From the IMG/VR virus record IMGVR_UViG_3300037448_000016, positions 1 through 64,000 of that record: DNA of 64,000 nucleotides. One strand, given 5' to 3'. Below the pieces are notes generated by a model, which saw only the letters and a list, made by a program, of their open reading frames with translations, made no database searches and was not told the origin of the DNA. This document shows, piece by piece, positions 33,529 to 42,866 of the stretch (its first letter is position 1; each line of letters starts with the position of its first letter). Made by a program: the position numbers and the translations under genes. Origin of the DNA: a virus (Duplodnaviria; Caudoviricetes).

Positions 33529-34645
33529 TGCTGGTGAAGCCTCCCAGGCCGATCTGCTGGCAGAGCAGCCGGACGTGATCACCTTGGGTGTTGATGATCG
33601 GAATGGTGCCGGACTTGATCAGGTAATCGGCGTTGATCTTGGTCCGGGGATCGATGATGGTGATCACGTCCCCGACGTCGTGCTGCGGCCCGCCGCGCGT
33701 GAAGATCTCGACCCTCTGCGGCATGTTGGTGACCCGGGGGAACAGGCCGTTGGCGATGTCGAGAGCCTGCGCGGACGTCGTGATGAACTCGCTGTAGTAC
33801 CCGTACGGACGGCGGCCGAACGGCCCCAGGGAGTACGTCGGGCTGGCCGGGTTGACGTCCCAGACGGCCACGGCGAACGAGGTGTGGTCCGGGTTGGCGC
33901 CTTTCACGATGACCCCGGAGTTGACGTCGGTGTTGTCCCACGTCTGCTCACTGGAGATCAGCAGGCCGTTCGGCCCCGTCGCGTAGGTGATTCCGGTGCG
34001 CTCCTCGGTGAACGGCTCGATGACCGCCGTCCCCAGCGGGTCGAAGTAGAACACCATGTTCGTCGCCTTGCAGATGTCGGAGATCCCGTCCCATGGGGAA
34101 GACAGTTGCGGCAGAATGGTTTCGCTGAGCACGTATGCCGAAGGCGTGACCCGGACCGGAACGGTGGGCAGCCGGTCCGCCATGATCATCGCCAGGCCGG
34201 TCGAAGCCAGCGTTCCGGCCGGGATGACGAACGGGGTCTCGAACTGAAGCGCCCGCAGGTGGTCGAGCCGGTCGAATCCCTTGACCTCGATCTTGGTCCC
34301 GGCCTCGTTCGCCCGCGTCGCCGGGGAGACCAGACCGAACACGCCCATCGGGACGTACTCGTAGTCACCGATGCTCGGGATGTAAAGCCCCCGGTAGATA
34401 CGGATCTCGGTACCTTTCGGCGCCAGCAGGTCAGTGGCCTGGCTCGGCGTCAGCACACCGTCCGCGTCCACCAGGGTGAAGTGGGCTTCCCGCCGGACCG
34501 CGACGTTGTCCAGGCTGACGTACCCCTGCACGATGACGTCCAGCGCGGTGACGATCTCGTTGCCGAAAATCACCTCGATGTACGTCTTCCACCGGCGCGA
34601 GTTCGAGAGCAACTGTTCCTTGTAGAGTTCCGAAACCGCCCACAT
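33521..34645 (-). CDS. minor tail (baseplate hub-like) protein
   Basis: Second gene after the tape measure; actinophage hub-type size and composition. Confidence 0.75.
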   Translation of the reverse strand: MWAVSELYKEQLLSNSRRWKTYIEVIFGNEIVTALDVIVQGYVSLDNVAVRREAHFTLVDADGVLTPSQATDLLAPKGTEIRIYRGLYIPSIGDYEYVPMGVFGLVSPATRANEAGTKIEVKGFDRLDHLRALQFETPFVIPAGTLASTGLAMIMADRLPTVPVRVTPSAYVLSETILPQLSSPWDGISDICKATNMVFYFDPLGTAVIEPFTEERTGITYATGPNGLLISSEQTWDNTDVNSGVIVKGANPDHTSFAVAVWDVNPASPTYSLGPFGRRPYGYYSEFITTSAQALDIANGLFPRVTNMPQRVEIFTRGGPQHDVGDVITIIDPRTKINADYLIKSGTIPIINTQGDHVRLLCQQIGLGGFTSNG

Positions 34646-34646
34646 A

Positions 34647-37600
34647 TCAGATCACTTCGACATAGTCGACGTCGATCTGGCGGTGCCGCTGCTGGTACAC
34701 GTTGTACTGCCTCCGGATGAGCCGCGCCTTGAAGGTCTTCCCGTTCGGCTGCTGGACGATGAAGATCGACGTGGAGCGCAGCACGGAGACGACCGCCTCG
34801 ATGTCGGTCGCGTAGGTGAAGATCGTGATGGTGCCGGTCGCGGCCTGCTCGCCCTCGGTATCCACGATCGGGTACTCGCGTCCCGAAGGGTGGCTGATGC
34901 TGGACTGCTCGTCGTCGATCCGGTGGTGGTTGGTCACCAGGGCGTACAACTCGTTGTCCGGCACGCTCAGGTCCCGGATCCCCCAGCGGTCGGCATCGAT
35001 CGTCAGCGTGGCGACCAGGCTGACGGCGCTCTCCACGGCGGAGCCGCCACCGGCGTCCACGTCGGTGAAACCCCGGTAGGAGACTTCCGTGTTGAACGGC
35101 ATGTACCGGTCGATCGCACTGGCCTGCTGCGCCAGGGTCGGCTTCACCCGGTCCAGGATCTGGGTCCAGGTCAGCCCGCCGTCGTCCGAGCGCTCCACCC
35201 GTACCGTCTGCGTAGCGGAGTAGCCGCCTGGCTGCCAGGCCACGGTCCGGCCTGGGTGGAACGAGGGGAACGCGCTGTAGAAGATCTCTCCACCGGCCGT
35301 CGCGCCCAGGATCTCGAACACGACGCGGGCCAGCACGGCGCCGACCGGCGCCACGTCGGTGACGAACGCCTGGACGTAGAACGTCGAATTGATGGTGAAC
35401 TGGTTGCCGACCGACTCGCTGATCAGCGTGCCGGTGCCATCGTCGGCGTCGTACCAGCGGATCCTCACTCGCGCCGACCGGCTGGCCGACGCACAGCGCA
35501 GCGAGGAGAGCGCGGTGTACGCGACCCCCGCCACCACGGGGAACGACAGCGGCCCGTTCGGCTGGACCTGACCGTACGGTGCCAGCGGGGGCGAGCCCGG
35601 CTTCGTCCGCACGCCGACGAGCCCCGCCGCCACGGAGGTGATCTTCACGCCCTGGTACAACTGGTTGACCGAGTCCGAAACCTGCTGCACGACAGTCGAA
35701 TTAGCGTCGTTCTCCCAGCCGTCCGAACCGTCGTTCTGCGCTGTCGTCAGGAACGACGACTGGGCCAGGATGCTCAACTGGGTGAACGGGGCCTGGGTCA
35801 GGAAGTCGACACCGTCGATCGTCTCGATCAGCGGGCCGGACGGCGGCGTGATCGAGATCGAGAACTGGGTGTAGACCCAGGCCGACTGCACTCCGGTCGC
35901 GCTGGTCGAGCGGACGTACGCCCGGTACGTCGCCCCGTTGGTCAGCGGGACGCCAGTGCGGGTGGAGCGGGCGATGGCCGAAGACACCACGCCGGAATCC
36001 CACGTCGCCGTGGTGACGTCGGGGTCGATGCTGGCCTGCTCAAGGATGATCTTCACCTGGTAGTCCCGCTGCGCGTCCAGGCTGGTGTACGTCCAGCCGA
36101 CCAGCGGGGTGGAGTCACCGAACACCAGCCCGGAGGGCGACGTCGGCGTGACGGCCGGGGCCGTGGTGGCGACCACGGTGCGCCCCGTGGCGAAGGCGCT
36201 GTTCGAGCCGGTGGACGATTTGGTGCTGACCGACCACACGTACGTGGTGCCGGTCGTCCACTTCCCGGCCGGGAAGATGGCCTGCGTCGGCGTGGCCGGT
36301 ACGGTCGTGTTGTAGACGACCCCGGCCTGCCACGCCTGCGTGCTGACGTTCCAGTACTCGGTGGTGCTGGAGTAGATCCGCCGGAAAGCCCACGCCTGCT
36401 GGGTGTCCCCGGGGGAGACCGGGTTGTAGGTCCAGGAGAAGACCTGGCCGACCGCGAGGTCGGCGCTCGCCCCCGACGCGGGGGAGACCAGCACCGGAGC
36501 GCTCGGGGCGCGCACGAGCGCGACCAACTGCTGGTAGTAGATCTGCCACGTCGTGCCGCCGCCCTGGGCGTAGATCATGTCCACGCTGTCACGGCTCGGG
36601 TGCCGGACCAATTGGATCTTGCCATCGTCGCCGGTGCTCGGCGGGGCCTGCGATACCGCGACGGCCCAGGCCGACCAGGTTGTCGTGGCGCGGGTGAACT
36701 TCGACCAGCGGATATCGCCGTCCGTGGCGTCGTAGTAGGCCAGGTAGACGTCACCGGTGGTCGGGTCGCACGACAGCGACAGGCCCAGCACGTTGCCGGT
36801 CCCGCCGGGCGCGGCCGGAGGGTTGCGTGCGGTGGGTGCCGCGACGCCGTCCCATTCGTAGACGTTGATCGTGGCCGACGTCTTGCTGTAGGCCACCATC
36901 AGCCGGGAGCCGTCCCAGACGGACGCCAGCGCGGTGTTCACCAGGTCGCCGGTGTCGACAGTGACCGGCGCGTCCCAGGTCCAGGTGCCGCCGGAGTAGA
37001 CCGCCCGGTTGAGCCGGATCGGGGCGCTACTGGCCTGCACGCCGGTGGTGAAGAAGATGTGAGGGGCGGCGGACGGCGTCCGGCCGTCACCGTTGTGCGC
37101 GAACTCCAGGGTGCCGTACTGATTGGCCTGAAGCCCGCTGGACGGGCCGGTGGCGGTCGTGACGACGCTCAGGGCACCCGAGGCACTGACGGCCACCCGT
37201 GAGACCTGTGAGCCACCCGTGGGGCCCTGGGTGAACTCGACGAACGCGACCCAGCCGGTGCCGTTGCGGAACGCCACGACGTCGGACTCGACACCGAGCC
37301 GCCCCGCCGCCGGGGAGATCGTCAGCGTGGTCCAGGACCAGCCTGGCGACGTCGTGCTGGTACCGGTCGGCGTGCCCCGGGCGTAGATGACCACCTGGGG
37401 GTTGTTGGACCAGACGATCCACGAGAGGTGCGCGTAACCGTCCGCGTCGATGAAGAACGACGGCACGGCGGTTGGCTGATTTAGGCCCAGGTCACTCGTC
37501 CCGGCGTAGGCCCACGAGTTGCCGCCGTCCACCGAGCGGAAGAACTTCGCCATGCCGACCGTTCCGGCCGCCACGATGCAGGCCCACATCGACCCGTCCG

Positions 37601-37676
37601 GGGCGAGGTCGAGCCGTTTCTCCGGGGAGCCCTGGAGCGAGTCGCCGTGGTTGCCATCCGTGATCTTGGTGGCCAC
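34647..37676 (-). CDS. large minor tail protein (repeat/FN3-like domains)
   Basis: 1009 aa, T/S/G-rich beta protein directly after the TMP. Confidence 0.75.
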   Translation of the reverse strand: MATKITDGNHGDSLQGSPEKRLDLAPDGSMWACIVAAGTVGMAKFFRSVDGGNSWAYAGTSDLGLNQPTAVPSFFIDADGYAHLSWIVWSNNPQVVIYARGTPTGTSTTSPGWSWTTLTISPAAGRLGVESDVVAFRNGTGWVAFVEFTQGPTGGSQVSRVAVSASGALSVVTTATGPSSGLQANQYGTLEFAHNGDGRTPSAAPHIFFTTGVQASSAPIRLNRAVYSGGTWTWDAPVTVDTGDLVNTALASVWDGSRLMVAYSKTSATINVYEWDGVAAPTARNPPAAPGGTGNVLGLSLSCDPTTGDVYLAYYDATDGDIRWSKFTRATTTWSAWAVAVSQAPPSTGDDGKIQLVRHPSRDSVDMIYAQGGGTTWQIYYQQLVALVRAPSAPVLVSPASGASADLAVGQVFSWTYNPVSPGDTQQAWAFRRIYSSTTEYWNVSTQAWQAGVVYNTTVPATPTQAIFPAGKWTTGTTYVWSVSTKSSTGSNSAFATGRTVVATTAPAVTPTSPSGLVFGDSTPLVGWTYTSLDAQRDYQVKIILEQASIDPDVTTATWDSGVVSSAIARSTRTGVPLTNGATYRAYVRSTSATGVQSAWVYTQFSISITPPSGPLIETIDGVDFLTQAPFTQLSILAQSSFLTTAQNDGSDGWENDANSTVVQQVSDSVNQLYQGVKITSVAAGLVGVRTKPGSPPLAPYGQVQPNGPLSFPVVAGVAYTALSSLRCASASRSARVRIRWYDADDGTGTLISESVGNQFTINSTFYVQAFVTDVAPVGAVLARVVFEILGATAGGEIFYSAFPSFHPGRTVAWQPGGYSATQTVRVERSDDGGLTWTQILDRVKPTLAQQASAIDRYMPFNTEVSYRGFTDVDAGGGSAVESAVSLVATLTIDADRWGIRDLSVPDNELYALVTNHHRIDDEQSSISHPSGREYPIVDTEGEQAATGTITIFTYATDIEAVVSVLRSTSIFIVQQPNGKTFKARLIRRQYNVYQQRHRQIDVDYVEVI

Positions 37677-37685
37677 GTCGTCCTC

Positions 37686-40600
37686 CTACCTCCGCTGAAT
37701 TGCGTTCAGCAACTTGTCTGCCAGTTGGTCACCAGCGCCCGAGATGGCCGCCTGCACCTGGACAGCGGAGGCGTTGTCGCCCACAGTGACCTGGACCGCT
37801 CCGGAGGCTACCTGAATGGTAGCCGCCCCGGCCCCGCTGGCTGGCCGGACGCTGCTCAGCCCGGCGTTGGCGATCTGATCGAACGCCGCCGAACCGTTCA
37901 ACTGGAGGGTCATCAGGTCAGCGATGTCCTTGGCCGCTGTGGCGATGGCCGGAGTCGAGTTGGCGATACCGGCGGCCAGGTCCTCACTGAAGTGCTGGCC
38001 ACGGATCTGCGTCCAGCCCTGCCCGGACAATGGGCCGGTCACGGCGGGCGAGCCTGGCAGCAGGTCGGTGATCTTTTTGACCGCGCCTTTCACGGCGTCC
38101 AGTGCCGAGCCCAGCCCGGACAGAATCCCCTTGGCGAAATCCTCCATCAGCGCCCGGCCTGCCGACAGGAAGCGGCCCGCCGAGCCGGTAATCGCTGAAA
38201 CCATCCGGCCGATCCCAGAGGAGACCGCCGAGACGGTACTGGAGAAGCCAGATTTCACGGCCGACACGATGTTGCTCATCCCGGTCCGCACCGCCGACAC
38301 CATGTTCGACCAACCGCTGCGGACAGCGCTGACGATGCTGGACAGAACGCTGGTGAACGTCGAGTGAATCGCATTCCAGGTCGAACTGATCACCGAGTGG
38401 ATCGCTGACATCGCGGCCGAGATGAGGCTGCGCATGGTGGACCAGGCCGAACTCACCCCGGCCACGATCGCGTTCAGCGCGGCGGTGAAAATCGCCCTGA
38501 TAGCGGCCCAGGCGCTCGACAGGATCGACTTCCAGGTGTCGGCCGCCGCCGTCAGCCCGGAAACGATGAGCGACCAGGCGGCTTTCAGCAGGGCGACGAT
38601 GGCATCCCACGTAGCCTTGCTCAGCGAGACGATCGTCTTCCAGGCCGCCGTCAACCCGGCCACGACCGCGTTCCATCCGGCGACGAAAATGGCGATCACT
38701 GCGGCCCAGAAAGCATTGATCCCGGCCTGGATCGCGTTGACCGCACCGGTGAAGATGCTCGTGATCAGGTTCCACGCCGCCGTGACGCCAGAAGTGATGA
38801 GAGACCAGGCGGTCTGTGCGGCGGTTTCCAGCCCGGCCCACATGGCGGCCCAGACCTGAAGCAGCACGGCGCCGAAGGCCACGACGATACCGATGACGAC
38901 CTCCACGGCGGCGCGCAGCAGGCCGAAGATGATCGTCCAGACGCCCTGGAGGATCAGGACGATCCCGTTCCACATCGCGGACCAGTCACCGGCCAGCAGG
39001 GCGCCGAAGAAGGTGATGATCCCCTCGATGATCAGGATCGCCCCGGAGATCACCGCCTTGATGGCGTCCCAGACGCCCTGAAGGATGATCAGCATCCCGG
39101 GCCAGATCGTGCTCCACAGGCCCGTGATGAACGCCAGCCCGGCCTGGAAGATGGCCGATATGACCGTCCAGGCGGCGGAGAAGAACGTGACGATGTTGTT
39201 CCAGGCGGCCTGGAAGGTGCCCGCGTTCTTGCTGGCCCAGTCCCGGATCTGGTTGAACTGCTCGATGACGAAGCCGACCACGGTGGCGACCACCGGGCCG
39301 AACGTGCTGCTCAGCCAGGCAGCGACCGCCCCCAGCCCGCCGACGATCGCGGTGAAGACGGTGGATGCGAACGCCAGGACCGCACCGGCGACCGCGTCCA
39401 CGACGGTACGGAACGTCTGAAAATGACCGTAGGCGTAGATAATCGCTGCCGCCAGGGCGACCACCGCGAGCACCACCAGGGTGATGGGCGAGGTGATGAG
39501 CGCCAGAGTCGAGGCGAACAGTCCGGCGCCGACTTCCGCCACACCGAACGCGACCGCGATCGACTCGACCAGGCCGATGACCGCCGTGATGGGGCCCACC
39601 ACGGCGAGGAACGCCGCCGCGAGCCCGGTCGACAGGAACGCTATGGCCACCAGGTGGGGCGCGATGTCGGACGCCACCTTGATGAGATCGAAGATCCGGG
39701 AGACGACGAAGACGATCCCCTCACCGACCGGCGCCAGCGCCCGGACGAGGGAGACGAACCCCTGGGCGAACGCCCCGATCAGCGCGAGCACGGCCGGGGT
39801 CTGGTCACGGATGTACTGCACGAAGTCCTGGAACGACGTGTTCGTGGCCAGGTTCGTGGCCCACTCGGCGAACCTGGCCGTCATAGCCTCCAGCCCGCCG
39901 GAGAACGAGACGGACAGCGGCATGAAGCCACTCACCAGACCGGCGAACGCCTTCAGAAGGTTGCCGATCGAGCGGCCCAGCGACTCCAGCATCGGCTTCG
40001 CCTGGCTGCCGACCATGCTGATGAACCCCTGCCAGAACGGGCCGGTCAGCGCGGACACCGCCGAGCGCTCCAGGTCCAGGAAGGCGTCGGCCGCGCCTTT
40101 CACGATCGGGGCCAGCGACGGCAGGAGCCCGCCGAGGCCGCGTAGCCCTTCCTGCGCGATCTGGAAGATCTCCGGCTGGAACTGGGCCGCGAACGTGTGC
40201 CAGGCCGCCTGAAACGCCTGGATCGACTTCACCATCTGCTGCTGCGCCGGGGTAAGGGAATCCATGATCCCCTTCAACTTGGTCAGCGCGGCGTCCCGTT
40301 GCGCGTCGGTGGTGGCCTGGTTGTACTGCAACTGCGCGGCCTTCATCTTGGTCAGCGCCTGAGTGACCGGCGAGAAGACCGACACTGCAACGGCGCCGAA
40401 CAGTCCGGCCGCCACGCCCGCGACGGTAAGTTCGGCGGCGAGCGCGGCGATCCCACCGACCGCGACCGCACCGATCGGGATCAGCGCCGGGGCCAGCAGC
40501 AGAACGGCGGCGACCAGCCCGCGCATGTTGCCTGACGCCCGGTTCGACGTCGTGCCGAGCCGGTCCATGGACTGCTCGGCCTCATCGATCGGCCCCCGGT

Positions 40601-41234
40601 TGATATCCACGTCGATGTCGATGCTTTCGGCCCGCACCCGATCGATCTCGGCCTGGAGACGGGCGATGGCGGCAGCCGCGTCGAAGTCGACGTCGATCAC
40701 CACGTCCTCTTCGCCGAGGCGATTGACTTCCTCGTCCAGCGCCGCGACATCAGCCTCAGCCGCCGCCGTGTCGACGTCGACCTCAACGTCCACATCGTTG
40801 AGTTCGTCGAGATTCTCACGTAGATCATCGATCTCCGCCGTGGCCTCGCCGGTGTCGACGTCGACCTCAACGGTCTCGTCCGACAGGTCGTTGAGTTCCT
40901 GCTCGATCTCATCGAGCGCGGCCCGCGCCTCATCGGTGTTCAGGTCGATGTCGACTTCTTCGTCCGACAGGTCGTTGAGTTCCTGCCGGAGTTCGTCCAG
41001 CGCCGCTTCGGCCGGTTCGATATCGGCGTCGACTTCCACGTCCTCGTTACCGAGGGCTTCGAGTTCGGCTTCCAGTTCGTCGATCGCGGCCTGGGCCTCG
41101 GACGTGTCCGCGTCGATGTCGACCTCGGGGTTCTGCCCCTCCAGTTCCCGGATCAGTGCGTCCAGGCGCAGGATCGTCTCAGTCGCGTCGTCTTTAGCGT
41201 TGATCTGAACGTCGAGTTCAGCGACTGTCGGCAT
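37686..41234 (-). CDS. tape measure protein
   Basis: 1182 aa, Ala-rich with W/F-periodic repeats; follows the tail chaperone. Confidence 0.92.
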   Translation of the reverse strand: MPTVAELDVQINAKDDATETILRLDALIRELEGQNPEVDIDADTSEAQAAIDELEAELEALGNEDVEVDADIEPAEAALDELRQELNDLSDEEVDIDLNTDEARAALDEIEQELNDLSDETVEVDVDTGEATAEIDDLRENLDELNDVDVEVDVDTAAAEADVAALDEEVNRLGEEDVVIDVDFDAAAAIARLQAEIDRVRAESIDIDVDINRGPIDEAEQSMDRLGTTSNRASGNMRGLVAAVLLLAPALIPIGAVAVGGIAALAAELTVAGVAAGLFGAVAVSVFSPVTQALTKMKAAQLQYNQATTDAQRDAALTKLKGIMDSLTPAQQQMVKSIQAFQAAWHTFAAQFQPEIFQIAQEGLRGLGGLLPSLAPIVKGAADAFLDLERSAVSALTGPFWQGFISMVGSQAKPMLESLGRSIGNLLKAFAGLVSGFMPLSVSFSGGLEAMTARFAEWATNLATNTSFQDFVQYIRDQTPAVLALIGAFAQGFVSLVRALAPVGEGIVFVVSRIFDLIKVASDIAPHLVAIAFLSTGLAAAFLAVVGPITAVIGLVESIAVAFGVAEVGAGLFASTLALITSPITLVVLAVVALAAAIIYAYGHFQTFRTVVDAVAGAVLAFASTVFTAIVGGLGAVAAWLSSTFGPVVATVVGFVIEQFNQIRDWASKNAGTFQAAWNNIVTFFSAAWTVISAIFQAGLAFITGLWSTIWPGMLIILQGVWDAIKAVISGAILIIEGIITFFGALLAGDWSAMWNGIVLILQGVWTIIFGLLRAAVEVVIGIVVAFGAVLLQVWAAMWAGLETAAQTAWSLITSGVTAAWNLITSIFTGAVNAIQAGINAFWAAVIAIFVAGWNAVVAGLTAAWKTIVSLSKATWDAIVALLKAAWSLIVSGLTAAADTWKSILSSAWAAIRAIFTAALNAIVAGVSSAWSTMRSLISAAMSAIHSVISSTWNAIHSTFTSVLSSIVSAVRSGWSNMVSAVRTGMSNIVSAVKSGFSSTVSAVSSGIGRMVSAITGSAGRFLSAGRALMEDFAKGILSGLGSALDAVKGAVKKITDLLPGSPAVTGPLSGQGWTQIRGQHFSEDLAAGIANSTPAIATAAKDIADLMTLQLNGSAAFDQIANAGLSSVRPASGAGAATIQVASGAVQVTVGDNASAVQVQAAISGAGDQLADKLLNAIQRR

Positions 41235-41238
41235 CCTG

Positions 41239-41744
41239 CTACACCTTCGTTCTCGTTATCCCGTGGCCATTTTCGACTCCTTGCGCTGCCAAGGCCCACC
41301 GCATCCACACGACTGGCTTCTCGGCCAGATCCCAGGGCGGCACGCCGAGGTAACGTGCCGCCTGGATCAGCGAGAACCACATGGGCACCTCACCCATCGT
41401 GCCGTCGGTGGCCGCCCACCGGCGGAGGGCCTTCAGGCTTCCCCCGGCGAGTTGTCCTCCCGGATCGCGGTCGTGATCTTGTTGTAGATCGAGATCGGGA
41501 CGTCCATCATGGCCTCGGCGTCCGCGATGTCGATCGGCTCGCCGCTGTTCCCCGTGAGATCCCAGGCCACCAGCAGACCCTGCATCTGCGCGACGACCCG
41601 GCGGATGTTCTTCTCGTCCGCCTTCATCGCCTCGATCTCACGGGGCGTCCAGTTCGGGGGCCGGTACTGAACATTCAGCACGCCCCCACCGTCGAACTCG
41701 ATCTTCAGGTCTTTCGGGTCACCGAGTGCTTCATTGATCCGCAT
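41239..41744 (-). CDS. tail assembly chaperone: short form 41433-41744; long form via -1 frameshift at GGGGGAA (41439-41445) ending at 41239
   Basis: CCG GGG GAA GCC TGA; the -1 frame is open for 67 codons (...YLGVPPWDLAE...). Confidence 0.8.
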
Positions 41745-41778
41745 GGTTCTTCCTTGCCGACGAGGAGTTGTTGACGGA

Positions 41779-42792
41779 TCAGAGCGTAGCGGTCGTGGTC
41801 ACGACCTCCGCGTGGAACGCCTTGGCCCACGTCGGATCGTAGACGCCACTGAAGGTCCACTCCACGGCGAAGACTCCGTCCTCGTCGCTCATGGTGCCCA
41901 CGTCGGTGATCTGACCGGCCACGTCCAGGGTGACCTTGTGGTTGACGATCAGCGGGGTTCCGCCGGTGCCGGTGTAGATGTTCGGGCCAACGCCTTCCAG
42001 CCGCATGAACACGGTGGAACCGGCCCGCAGCGCGACCAGGCTGGCCATGCCCTGGGCGTCGGCCTCCTGCGTCACCTTCATCTCGATCGTCGGCTCGGTC
42101 TCCACCGTGGCCACGAACGAGGTCTGAGCCGCGTCCACGACCCATAGTGGGTCGTACCGATCTCCGATCGTCAGTTCACCTTTCAGCGTCCGGAGCATCT
42201 TGGTGGTGCCCAGCGACGCCGCCGTGGAGTCCATGTAGAAGGACAGTTCGGACGGCCGGACCGGCAACTGGGCCAGGATGGTCGGGCTCGCGGTGAGGGT
42301 GACGCCGTCCTGGAGAGACTTCCCGAAGACCTTCCCACCGAGTTCGATCTTGTCCCGGCTCCACTTCCAGGAGTACTCCTGGAAGATCATCCCGGCCGCG
42401 CGGTGCGCACGGAACGAGGAGCCCTGCTCGATGGTGAAGGTCTTCGGGGTGTCGTCGTTGAAGTTGGCCGAGTCGAAAGCCCACTTCGTGGCCCCGGTCG
42501 GCGTGGCGCCGTCCGTGATCCCGGTGACCACCGGCGAGTTGATTACCGAGGACAGCGCGTATGGCAGTTCCGGGTAGACGGGCATCCCCGACAACTTGCC
42601 CTCGACCCACTCCTTGCCGACGATCTGCGCGTTGGCGTATTTCTGGCCGTCGGGCTTCAGGGCGTTGACGTCGATCGAAGGCCCGATCTCGAACCCCATC
42701 GACCCGAGCCGCTTGTTGGCGGCGACGGCGGTGCCCGGCGTGGTCTCCACGCCAATCTGCGCCGCCTGAGTGATACTTGACCTCTCTGCCAC
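41779..42792 (-). CDS. major tail protein
   Basis: 337 aa, IGVETTPGT N-terminus; position before the chaperone. Confidence 0.85.
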   Translation of the reverse strand: MAERSSITQAAQIGVETTPGTAVAANKRLGSMGFEIGPSIDVNALKPDGQKYANAQIVGKEWVEGKLSGMPVYPELPYALSSVINSPVVTGITDGATPTGATKWAFDSANFNDDTPKTFTIEQGSSFRAHRAAGMIFQEYSWKWSRDKIELGGKVFGKSLQDGVTLTASPTILAQLPVRPSELSFYMDSTAASLGTTKMLRTLKGELTIGDRYDPLWVVDAAQTSFVATVETEPTIEMKVTQEADAQGMASLVALRAGSTVFMRLEGVGPNIYTGTGGTPLIVNHKVTLDVAGQITDVGTMSDEDGVFAVEWTFSGVYDPTWAKAFHAEVVTTTATL

Positions 42793-42866
42793 TTCAACTC
42801 CTAGGTGTGATCGTTATGCGTTCGGCCGAGTGACAGAGAGCGTTGACACTCACTGCGGCGAGTCTA

